Assembly (NCBI GenBank): GCA_040954595.2
Contig: CM082579.2
Location: 1,253,908 to 1,317,907, forward strand
Reading direction: 5' to 3'
DNA length: 64,000 nt
Origin: Balanoglossus misakiensis
Lineage: Eukaryota; Animalia; Hemichordata
Made by a program: the position numbers and the translations under genes. Under the pieces are notes generated by a model. That model was not told the origin of the DNA. It worked only from the letters and a program-made list of their open reading frames with translations, and did not search any database. This document shows, piece after piece, positions 1 to 11,043 of this stretch. Positions within the stretch are counted from its first letter, which is position 1. Each line of letters begins with the position of its first letter.

Positions 1-1953
1 GAAAGCAAATGGATTTTCAGCTGATCAGTCATTTTGACTTGGGAAATCCAGAAATAGCTTTGACATGACAATCACTTCTCTTTCTTACCAACAGTAACAT
101 TGCTTAACTATTCTTCCAGTATTACCCCATCAGCATTATGTTTACATTTCCTTATGAATCACCGTATAGTGGTCTTTAGCTTTAAATATTTACACACTAA
201 CAGTTAAAGTCAGATTTGCAGAACGACTGCAACTTTTCAGCCATCTCATACATTCCCCTTACACACCCAAAACTCCTTCACATACACATTTGAAAACTAT
301 CACATGGAGATACCATATGTATATACCACAAAACCAAAGAGCTACTTGTATTTTTCTTACCTAACATATTTGAAGCCCAGTCCCCAAACATACCGTTCCC
401 TAAACCATATCATCTCTCTGTATAGTTTTCTATTTAAACTTTTTGTAATTGTTATAATTCTATTTTCTTGCATGGGAATTATATTTAGAAGGCAAACTTA
501 TGTCTTTTTTACTGTTTAAAAATAGACAAGTCTCTGACTTGTCATCCTGTCTTTTAGTTTTACTCCCATCTTGGTTGTGTATTAACTGTACAGCATTTGT
601 ACTCCCAGTGTGTGAAAAAAATAAATTTATATAAACCATCAACATATTGGAACATCCAATAATTGTGTCAGTGTCATTGTATTATGTGGAAAAATGAAAC
701 TGTGCCCTGGAAAATCTATTCTGCTTCAAAATGATTCTTTAAAATGTTAATGATTGTAAAAATGGCGTGAAAGTCAAACGGCTTAAATCTTTTGGTGTCT
801 ATTCGTCGTGTATGGCGTACTTCAATAACTTGATATAAACCCAAATTGAGGTTTGGCGAGAGGGCGCTATATACCCGACCATCAACTCATTTGGAGCTGA
901 TGACGTCACATGCGTACGTGCCCGATGCGCTCCCAACTGCTTCCCCCACCCTGGCACAAACATATGGTTCGGCCATCTTTCTCTGGAATCACCGATCTCT
1001 GCGCTGGGCTCGACCTTTGGCGGGGTTTCATTTCTACCTCGCACACGGCTCGGACGCACAATAGAAAATTCCTGATCAATAGAATAACTTTAGGGCCTAA
1101 ATTTAAATGTTTCGAGAAAACACGAAAGAAAACTGTTACTTACGTACGCAATTGGACTGCAAGCATGGAGAAATGGCACCCTTGATTTTCGTCAAGTCAC
1201 TTTCCATGACCGTTGGCTTATGTACATCATCTTAAAGGCTATACACATTTGGAAACTCCAGTCCATATCGTCATGACCTTGACTTTCACTTGGTTGTCGG
1301 AAATTGCTCCGGGAAATGAACAGGTCGTTGTCGCTCCTTCAGCCATGATGTTTGTACGTCAACGACTAAGTATCGAATGATGGAAGTGGCACCTCACTGA
1401 CCATCTGGACAAATGAACTGGCAGTCAATTATCCAATCAAAATGTGTCATGCACCAGGGGCATTTTGAGAAGCTTGTGATTGGCTGATGTGATTGAGAAG
1501 TTGTTTAGCATACCAAGATCACAGAATTTGCATACGTGACCATATAATTATTCATGTTTCCTTTCAGTGGGAAAGACATAACCACACAACCAGACAGAGT
1601 GGATTACTATGTTACATGAGTTTATTAATTAATTTGCATTCGCTGCGATCACAAAATAGAAGCGATAGTAGTACATGTAGGGATTGCCATCCAATAAGTT
1701 AAAAATCAAACAAAATCTGCGATTCAATTGTCATCATCTGCTCATCAACAGTCCCTGGATCTGCAAGGTAAACAATTCAGTTGAAGATCAAAAGATGTGA
1801 AATGGTTTCGAAAGAAACTGTCAACTTAAAAAGTCATCAGACATGAGGAACTGTTTGTGTAAATTCTTTTCTTGTGATCTATGATTTTTCCAAATACAAT
1901 GCCGATGACAAGAATTTACAGTTTAATTAATTAATTAATCAATGTAAGTACCT

Positions 1954-2431
1954 CTACGGTTCAACGGGGCATGGGTCTGTACACACTTCGGGGCCGAGTA
2001 CGGCACAGCAGTAGAATTCACTACAGGGACAGTTTTCAGGTTCTACTCCAGACCCGTTGAGGCCAATCAGTGCATCCAGCAACTGATTTTCTGCTTGTAC
2101 CGATGGATTCATGTCGATCGAGATTTTAACCGGAGTGTCCCTAAAATCACCTTGGTGAAAAAGAACACATACAAAGTGTGAGTTTACATGATTATCAAAA
2201 ACGAGTGTCGCTTGTTTGAAATGAGACTTCAAATATCAAGAGAGTCTGATTTGGAAAATGCGTGACTTAATTTGGGCATTGGTTACGCGACATCGATAGC
2301 GGACAGCTCGCCGGCTCTCCCCTGAGAGAATTGTTAAATCACAGAAACAAACAAATATATATGTACTCACCGAAACACTCGACTGTAGCTATGACGACAC
2401 AGAGAACACCCAGAATGAATACACCCCTCAT
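1954..2431 (-). CDS. Small secreted Cys-rich peptide precursor, paralog A (85 aa, most divergent copy)
   Basis: Coding exons 2431-2371 (MRGVFILGVLCVVIATVECF+G, donor GTGAGT) and 2150-1954 (acceptor tttcaccaag; GDFRDTPVKISIDMNPSVQAENQLLDALIGLNGSGVEPENCPCSEFYCCAVLGPEVCTDPCPVEP*), joined by a phase-1 intron. Non-coding exon 1 ends at 2681. A 3' UTR exon starts at 1760, with AATAAA at 1626-1621. Confidence 0.88.
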
Positions 2432-2436
2432 GATTA

Positions 2437-2560
2437 ACTGAAAATATATAATGATTCACAGAATTCACTGAAAATGTATAATTATTTCACAGAATTCAAT
2501 GAAAATATATAAGTATTTCACAGAATTGAATGAAAATATATAATTATTTCTCAGAATTCA
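2437..2560. repeat. ~31-bp tandem repeat x4 in intron 1 of paralog A
   Basis: Unit approximately aMtgaaaatRtataattatttcacagaattc, repeated four times and overlapping the exon-2 acceptor. Confidence 0.85.
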
Positions 2561-2760
2561 AAATTGTTAGTTGTTGAGATATTCCAGTTATTGCGAGCTA
2601 AACCGTTAAAACAATAGTCTACCAACAACTCGAAAACACAACAAAACAAATGTAATATAAAATAATAAATTGTATATTACCTCGTCGTGGTGGTACACAA
2701 CCTACAGCTTGTTTGGCGAGAGTTTTTCCAATACTGTTTTTATTAAAAGCCAGTCCGTTC

Positions 2761-2786
2761 TATTTATTAAACCGACTTGCGTGACA
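2761..2786 (-). promoter_or_regulatory. TGTCACGCA box + TATA-like element of paralog A
   Basis: tgcgtgaca at 2778-2786 (TGTCACGCA on the minus strand), then AATAAATA at 2768-2761. The same arrangement occurs in all seven paralogs. Confidence 0.7.
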
Positions 2787-4027
2787 GTTTTACCACTATG
2801 CGTGTTAAACCCCACTCGTGCCGTTAGCGTCGACAATTGCCTTCTCCTGCTCGTCGTATTTTCATATTTGATGTCTCCTCATTAGCTTTGCTGATATTTT
2901 TTATGGCGTCTTTAGTCTCGTAATTGGTTGGATGGTTTTATTTCACACATGTCGCGTGTGAGTCTCGTTAACTAAACCGACTGTAGCGTTTAGACACGAT
3001 ACGATCAGTTACTTCGTGTTTTCCTCTAAGATCATTTGTTTTCGTTTTCCACTCGTATTTACCAATTGGTCTATTGCAGGACCAACTGAGAGTGAAAACA
3101 CGCAACAGTTTATTTTATCATAACTTTGCGACACAAATCCCATTTACGTCTCCTTAAAATTCAAAAAGCTGGGATATTGATATAATTTATTCCCTATACG
3201 AGAGTTAGGTATGCGTGCAAGAAAAGTGCAGATTGCAATATTCACCATTCTCACTAAACACATATTGGCCTATACATTACGCAATATTTATTATAGATTG
3301 TGATCATTCAACTTGTAAAATAATAATACGCTTTTAATGCGATGCGACATTAATCACCGACATTTCATATTCCTGCATGCAATCATGATACGTTCAGGTG
3401 TAATTTTGAAAATACACGTATAAGGCCTTTTTGTAGACATTGAACACAATAATTTATAATTAACACTTTGCCACGTGCACGTCAAGTTATTATACTTTCC
3501 AACATTTATCGTCAGAAGAACAATATATTCAGTTGTCAGTATATTTGGGAACTTCAAAACTTACGAAAATCTCTCGCTATCGCTAGTGCGGTCGAATATT
3601 GCCGATCCGATTTCTTGTTATAGAGATTAATGATCTGACATGAAACGACAACATGGAATTTTCTCCATTTGGGAACCCTAATTTCCTAGAAATTGGGTAG
3701 AACGAACGCTGGTGATGCATAAACTCACAATCAAGATAATGATGTCAAGCCTTTGTTAGCGTGGTGGCTTTAGTCCGAAAAAATGCTGATTCTCAGCAAT
3801 GGCAATCGACTATGGCGTGAGTGTGCATACATTTACCAGTCCATAGTAAAATCAGTCGAGAAGAAAAAAAGTAATCGCGATGGAGTGATTTTATTGGCTC
3901 GCAAAACTTATCTGATTAAATTATACAACTATATACTTTTGCCATTAACGATTCAGCACCTCACTGTGTGCTCAAATTCCAGGTATTTCCATTACCAAGT
4001 TCGTTTTAACACGAAAAGACAAATCAT

Positions 4028-4053
4028 TGTCACGCATACAATACTGTTATAAA
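4028..4053 (+). promoter_or_regulatory. TGTCACGCA box + TATAAA of paralog B
   Basis: TGTCACGCA at 4028-4036 and TATAAA at 4048-4053; non-coding exon 1 ends at 4140 (cag|gtaaat). Confidence 0.75.
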
Positions 4054-4612
4054 TTGAAGTCGACACACAGCTCATCACTATCGGAGTTTTTCCTGAAAGA
4101 AGCAACTTTCTGCAGACGAAGTGATCCACTAGTAAAACAGGTAAATATACAAACTATACTTATTTACAAAGCCTTTCTAGCACCTATTCTCCAACACTTG
4201 GCTGACAATAGTGTTAACCGAGCATGTAGAAAGTCATACGCCGTACTGGTTGAGCATGCTGTCGGTATTGTCATGGATACTAACGAAAGTTGCTACCGCA
4301 AATGTGCATGCTTACTCTAGTATATCGGTTCATAAATCCGACAAACAGTACATTTTGTTGAATTTGCAGTAGTACTTTAAGGTCTGGATGGAATATCTTC
4401 GACTTTCAAATGAACAAAAAGTACATCATCATCGCCAATTCGTAAACTCTTAAGCACCTATATTCAATGTCACATTTTGCATTTTTTTGTACTATTCATG
4501 TTTATTTCAAACTCTTTCTACAGACCAGATTTTTAACTACAATCAGTCATGTCCAGATCTATACATTAAGTATTAAATATCCAAATTGTATTTTCTCAGC
4601 TCTACTGTCACC

Positions 4613-5235
4613 ATGAAGACCGCATGTGTTTTAGTTTTCTTCTGTGTGTGTGCCGCCATTGCGACAGTTCAATCTTTCGGTAAGTGTTACAGTTCGACAT
4701 GTTTACATTTTGATCACATTTTTCTGCGTTTTGTACGTTTGTGTACTTATCTTTGATTTGACAGACTTAGAACCGTTACTATGATCTACAGAACCTTGCT
4801 ACAAGTATCTATCCAACAAGAATGTATATATAGGCCAGGTGCATGGTTGGTGTCTATTGATGCAACTTTCCCAATCGGTTTTACGTGATATGAGATACAA
4901 TACTGCAGCCCCAGTATGCCTTACATCATTAATGATTATTTCCACAATTAATGAATTCAATTACACGCTGTCAGATTTGATTATAATGTCACAAGTGCCA
5001 TATATTATAGAATGTTTACAGAAAAATATATTCGACTATCGCAGGTGATTTCAGAGATACTCCTGTGAAGATACAAATCGATATGACGCCAAGCAAATCC
5101 TTCCAGGAAGACTTCGTCGACGCGTTGGTCTCCTACAACAACGAAGGTTCAATTGCAATCGATTGTAGCATCTGTCTCCACTGTGTTATGTACGGCTATG
5201 GTGCCTGCCCAGCAGGATGCCCTGGCTGTACTTAA
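4613..5235 (+). CDS. Small secreted Cys-rich peptide precursor, paralog B (85 aa)
   Basis: Exons 4613-4679 (MKTACVLVFFCVCAAIATVQSF+G|gtaagt) and 5045-5235 (GDFRDTPVKIQIDMTPSKSFQEDFVDALVSYNNEGSIAIDCSICLHCVMYGYGACPAGCPGCT*). The 3' UTR intron spans 5249-5661, with an AATAAA run from ~5824. Not in the ORF track. Confidence 0.92.
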
Positions 5236-5372
5236 TTCTTTCCAACAGGTATGTTAGGAGTCACAGCGATTTGTTCCATATTTTAAATGATTGTCAAAAC
5301 ATCATTTTGAACTAAGTGATTAGTTGATTGATTCTACAGCTATGAAGCTTTCTGACTGCATACATAGATGAG

Positions 5373-5581
<209 letters not shown>

Positions 5582-6580
5582 AGCAACAGTGTTTAGCAAA
5601 GAATACCTTTTAATGAAAACAGTTGTCAAGTGCTAACTTCGTCACACTCTTTCCTTTCTAGTTTTTCGTCGTCGGGGAATTGTGAAAGCCAAACTTTCGA
5701 CACCTTAAGCAACGGAACTGACAATATCTTCACGACTGAGTGTGTCTACATCATTAACATGTACCTAAAGTTTGGTTTCACTTGGAATGATCTTGTGGTG
5801 TTATGTATCTTATGGAAAGCAGAATAAATAAATAAATAAATAAAATAGAATACGGCTACCAGAGTTGTTTGTTCCTTGTGCTTAAAGTCACATGCACGCA
5901 TATACTTGTAATTTTTTGTCTATAAACGTTGTTTTGTGTCTTAATGTATCCGAAATGAGTATCATAGCCAACCAGGATAGACTACGAACCAAACAATCAG
6001 AGTTCATACTTTTGTGAAAGGTCAGAAAAGAAATGTTATTGCAAAGTTCATGTTGCCTTCCATTCGGTAGTTGCAACAGTAAATAAGCGTCTGCAAATAC
6101 AGTAGTCCCACTTTGTGAAAAGGCCGATGCTGCTATATATGGTGGTCTGATATTGAATGAGTTGAGTGTTTGTCAATTAACATTGCTGTTGCCATGGAGA
6201 GGTAAACCAATGTAATCAAATATAGAAATAATGACCATTAACGTTTGTTTATGGGCGAGGGCGAGGGGAAAGCCAACAATTCCTAGCCCATGAATTTTGG
6301 CTTTCTTCGAGCTTTCGGTAATGTTGAGTGATTGAAATAGCGTGGCAACACTCTTTTATGAGAAGGCAAAAGTTTTGATAACAAATGTCATCTGGCAATA
6401 GCGTGACGATATATGATATATGGCAGAACAGTAAAATCAGTGGCGAAGAAGGAATATTTCTCACGTAAATCAATTGGGATGATTGATTGGGCTTGCACAA
6501 AAAGTATTTTGAGTTCATTACACAATGATACTAAATGCGTGTCCCAACACTCGATTTGCTCAAGAAATGACAGGTAACCT

Positions 6581-6604
6581 TGTCACGCATATACGTTTAT
6601 ATAA
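6581..6604 (+). promoter_or_regulatory. TGTCACGCA box + TATATAA of paralog C
   Basis: TGTCACGCA at 6581-6589 and TATATAA at 6598-6604; exon 1 ends at 6693 (cag|gtaaat). Confidence 0.75.
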
Positions 6605-7063
6605 GTGTGTTGGATCATAACATTGACTATTTCATAAGGATATTCTTGAAAGGAGGAACTTTCTGCAGACAAAGTTGTCCTACTGACAAACAGGTAAATT
6701 TGTAAAATTTTATTTCTGAAAACTGGCAGATGGCACTGTATTTGTTTTAATCGCTCATAGAATATTTCAAAGTGGGACTACAAATAAGGAAGTGTGAAAC
6801 CGTGAAAACGTTTCTGTATATCCTGTGCTATAAGCTTGATTAGAAACTTAATTCTTCGACTACAAATATTTCTCAACTATATTGCAAGAAAACAATTCAG
6901 ATTTATTCAGGTGAAACTTCCAGTAGTGGTATCTTACTGAGAAAATCGACTTCACAGAGAATACATTGTGAACAAATAAATGAAAAGTGAATCTCAAACA
7001 TGAGTCAATCTCTTAACAGAGTTTTAAAGTTGACGTTGTTCCTTTCGCAGCTCTACTATCATC

Positions 7064-7456
7064 ATGAAGATCGCATGCGTTTTAATTGTTGTCTACTGTG
7101 TCGTCATGTCGACAGTGCAGTCTTTCGGTGAGTACAATTAATAAATTTCATGACGTTTTCTCCGTAAATTTACAACATGGATTGGCGGCGATTTTTATTT
7201 CACATTGGTGAAAATTGTGTTCTTTCATTCAAAATTTTGTACAGTTTCACATTTTTTATACACCGCAGGCGACTTCAGAGATACTCCCACTGAGATAACC
7301 ATCCATTTGACCCCGAAAGCGGATTTCCAGCGAGATTTCATCGATTATCTCATACTCGTGGGAAGTGGTGGTTTTCAGGCGAGCTGTTGCTGCAACAGAA
7401 TTTGTTGCCAGATTTTTGGATATGGGTATTGTCCCGCCGGTTGCCTTCAATGCTAA
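7064..7456 (+). CDS. Small secreted Cys-rich peptide precursor, paralog C (83 aa, 8-Cys core)
   Basis: Exons 7064-7127 (MKIACVLIVVYCVVMSTVQSF+G|gtgagt) and 7269-7456 (GDFRDTPTEITIHLTPKADFQRDFIDYLILVGSGGFQASCCCNRICCQIFGYGYCPAGCLQC*). The UTR intron spans 7471-7827, with AATAAA near 7992. Confidence 0.92.
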
Positions 7457-8935
7457 AAACTTCAAGTCAGGTACGATACTGAGGAACTGTTAATTGTTTT
7501 GTACTTTAATAATTATAATCGCTTCGTATCATATTATCTTCATGATTTTATATTAAAATATATTGGGTCAAGTGTCGTGCCGCATCACATCACATCACAC
7601 ATGTCATGTCATGTCATGTCACATCACTCACGTCACATCACATCATACATTCTGTTTGGCAAGTTCCGTCAAATAAGTTTCGCGAAGTAATTATGTAAAT
7701 CTGAAGTTTCGTAGATGTCGATGACACAGACGCACGCCAACACGGGCATGAGCTTCCGTGGTTTGCACTGGTGTTAATATAAATATCATAAATCAGTTCT
7801 CACTGCTACACACCCTTTCCCTTTCAGATGCTCATCACAGAAGAATCGTGGACTTTAAACCTACTGAAAACACCGTGGCCGGATCAGGGCTCGGACAAAG
7901 TGCTTAACATCTGTATACTTATTCAGTTTACCATCTAGCCTAAATGACTGGCTGTAGCAGCATGCATGTTATTAAGAGTAGCTCACTGATAAATAAAACG
8001 TTATGAAATAAGATTCGTTACAACACTACACGTGTCCAGACTCTTTGTTCTCTCGGGACCTTATCTGTGCTAAAGCACTTGTCCGCTGAGATAGTTCTGG
8101 TGAATTGCAATGTGGTGAATGGTGTGAGGGAATGGCAGGGAGGTGGGGACGGGAAGAAAGGGGGATCAGAATGAAATAAGTAAAGAAGAGATTGCGAAAT
8201 GAGGGAAGGAGATTTCCGAAAGAAAAAGGAATACAAAATGTACGAGGCTTGACAAACAGACTGTCATGTCAAACACTTTGCAAGACAGAGGAGGAAGGGG
8301 AGATGTTAAAATCCCCACACAGCTTCTTACAGAATAAAACTGAAATGTTCTGCGAAATTTCTAACATAGTCCACCTTTGCCACCGGCGACTTATAATAAA
8401 CCGGAAGAGAAGACGGCTTTCATATAGGTATATAACTGGAATGAAACTGAAAAATCGGGAGAAACATCGTGTTATTCAAAGATTGAGCTCCACGATAGAC
8501 GACAAAATGATTCATGTTAGTGGCTCTACACAAGCCACTTCAAGAACACGCTCCAAGTGGACACAAGGGAAATTGAAGGTTTCCTGATTTGATTTAAAAT
8601 AAGCGAACGTTCATTTTCAAGTTCACTTCAGATTGCCCATGGACTCGTAAGCATACTTCAACAATTTAATTAGGGGAAGTGGCATTATTATTTTTTGGTC
8701 AATTTGAATTTATTCCTCTGACTTCAAAGCAAATTACAACCAGGGTATAAATAATTTGTTGAAACTGGAACAGTCTTAAAAAGACAGTTTCTCGTAAACT
8801 GCCTTGGAGACATTTCATTAATCACGGACATGATTTTGAACTATTACTCAATTATAGAAACTTTTCTTTTTGACGTGTGTGGAACACCACTTGTGCTCAA
8901 CTTCCAAGTGTAAGGAAGTTCAGGCATCAGATAGT

Positions 8936-8960
8936 TGTCACGCATTCACATGTATTTAAA
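8936..8960 (+). promoter_or_regulatory. TGTCACGCA box + TATTTAAA of paralog D
   Basis: TGTCACGCA at 8936-8944 and TATTTAAA at 8953-8960; exon 1 probably ends at 9050 (aag|gtacat). Confidence 0.72.
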
Positions 8961-9479
8961 CTGGCGTTGACACAAGCTTCCCTACTCCTGCCGAGGTAAT
9001 TTCGAAATAAGGAACTTTCTGCAGACAAAGATTTCCTGCTGGTTAATAAGGTACATATGCAATCTATTCGACCGTCAATATTAGGCCCAATGCTTGCCGG
9101 GCTTAGAATTCCACCAGTCACGTGTAATGGATGAACGTGTAGTTGAATGCCATGTTGTTGTTATTCTTCACCATAAGGAAACAGCATAATTGTGCTCTAA
9201 TATAAGCTTGGTTCGCGGGGAAATGCATGTCAGTAGAAATATCCGCAAAAATGTTCTTGCCCTTTCTTCAAATGCATGTCAAATTTATTATCAGAAAATA
9301 GTCCCTTTCTAGAAACACTTTTATTTTCCCGGACGGCTAATTTGTTGATTTCGTCAATATCTTCATGAGTTTCCCTTGGATCATGTGAGATAGGATTACT
9401 GAAGTTTTGTCCATAACTCAAAAAATATATTCATCAGATATCGTTTTTAATTTTTTTTTTCAAAAGTTTTGCTGTCAGT

Positions 9480-11043
9480 ATGAAGACCGCGTGCGTTCTG
9501 ATTGTCATCTTCTGTGCCGTCATTTCGACAGTCCAATCTTTCGGTGAGTACAATCTTGAATCTGCTGTTACGACACGCTGGCCGTTCAGTTCCGAAACAG
9601 GGCAGTGAGCAAATATAGACTAATACTGAATGGCTCGCTTTGGTGAACCAACCAGCGCAGCACGCAACAAAGACGGTCAACAATAGGCACACCACACGTT
9701 ATTTCCTTGCTTATGGAAACTTTTAATTACTACAACTAAACATTGGTAAATATAAAAAGATTGTACACTGGGAAGAAAGCACACAAAAATAAATGACTAC
9801 CTTAAATGTGGCCAGGTGTGGGAAATGAAAGACTAAAGTCTTAGGTTCTGTAGCGCACGACGAACGCGACCAGCACCACGGCAGTCCCAACAGCGACGTT
9901 CAGTCCCAACAACGACGTTCAGTCCGAGTAGCGTTCTGGCACAATTCCCCGGTAGACGGCACGGCTTTCAGACGAATTCCCCCATGAGGTAGCACGACTT
10001 CTGGGCGCGGTTTCCAGACCAGTGCAGCATGAAATATGGCACAGCTTCCAAGTCGGCGAGGAACAGAACAGCTCACTCGGGCAAGTCCAAATTAGTAGCT
10101 ACGCCGCAACACAACGTGCGGGCTTTTTATATGGGGAAAATAATGAATGCACCACACCTGGTCACGCAAATATTCAAATTACGAAAGTAAGCGAAAACAC
10201 ACCTGGTCACAAAACAACAGCAAACTTCTCCTACGTAACACTGCTAACTGCATTACTTTGTATTTTGAGTACGTACTGCCACACATTTGCTGCTTGATGT
10301 TGTCTGTTGTATTTTTTGAGTATATAGCCTACTATGTATGCATGTACTATTTATTTCATTTTCGTATAAAACTGAACAATTCCGCCAAAATTCACCTAGA
10401 CTCATTGAAAATTAACTTTTAGTTTGGAGGCGTGAAAACTCCCATAAGTGTTCTTTTATAAACTTATTAGTCATATAGAAACTTTTTTTTATATATTTGG
10501 TGCCTGTGGATAACACAATACCAAGAACATTACGCCCAGGGTATATTCTCAACGACCAATGGTGTAAACGTTGTATAATCGTCACTGTCTACAACTTGCT
10601 GGTTGATTATTGGTATACATAAACAATCTGATTTGTACTCCCCGCGCCATGTGCTACAGAGCGAATATAGACACTACAATAAGAATTAGTTTATTTGACG
10701 CCCTATTATGTCTACATGACCCATTATGCGTGGAAGACAACACGGTTCGTAGACTTTTATGGGTATAGCAAATTATAAATACTATATGTAAATTTTCATC
10801 TGGCTTGTGTGGGAAGTAACAGTTTTCACAGACTACGTTTCTGTAACTCTAACAGGCGATTTCAAAGATACTCCCGTGGAGATTGTCATCCATATGGAGC
10901 CAAAGAAATCCTTCCAGGAAGGTTTCGTCGATATGTTGATCTCCCAAGGCACCGGTGGGTCAATTGCATCCAACTGTTGCGACCCTTACTGGTGTGTTAT
11001 TTACGGCTACGGTTACTGTCCAGCAGGATGTCCTACCTGTTAA
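9480..11043 (+). CDS. Small secreted Cys-rich peptide precursor, paralog D (83 aa)
   Basis: Exons 9480-9543 (MKTACVLIVIFCAVISTVQSF+G|gtgagt) and 10856-11043 (GDFKDTPVEIVIHMEPKKSFQEGFVDMLISQGTGGSIASNCCDPYWCVIYGYGYCPAGCPTC*). The UTR intron spans 11057-11282, with AATAAA at 11422. Confidence 0.92.
9566..10240. mobile_element. Solo LTR (Gypsy-type, 675 bp) in intron 2 of paralog D
   Basis: Starts TGTTACG and ends CGTAACA (TG...CA with a 7-bp terminal inverted repeat). It is flanked by the 4-bp direct repeat CTGC (9562-9565, 10241-10244) and is absent from the paralogous introns. Confidence 0.8.

Noticed and set aside
2437-2560. ~31-bp repeats as a CRISPR-like array
   Set aside because: Head-to-tail units with no unique spacers in a eukaryotic intron; this is a minisatellite.
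5164-5232. CxxCxxC...CP as a ferredoxin or radical-SAM Fe-S motif
   Set aside because: The spacing does not fit CxxCxxCxxxCP or CxxxCxxC, the motif is absent from paralogs A, C, D and G, and the proteins have signal peptides.
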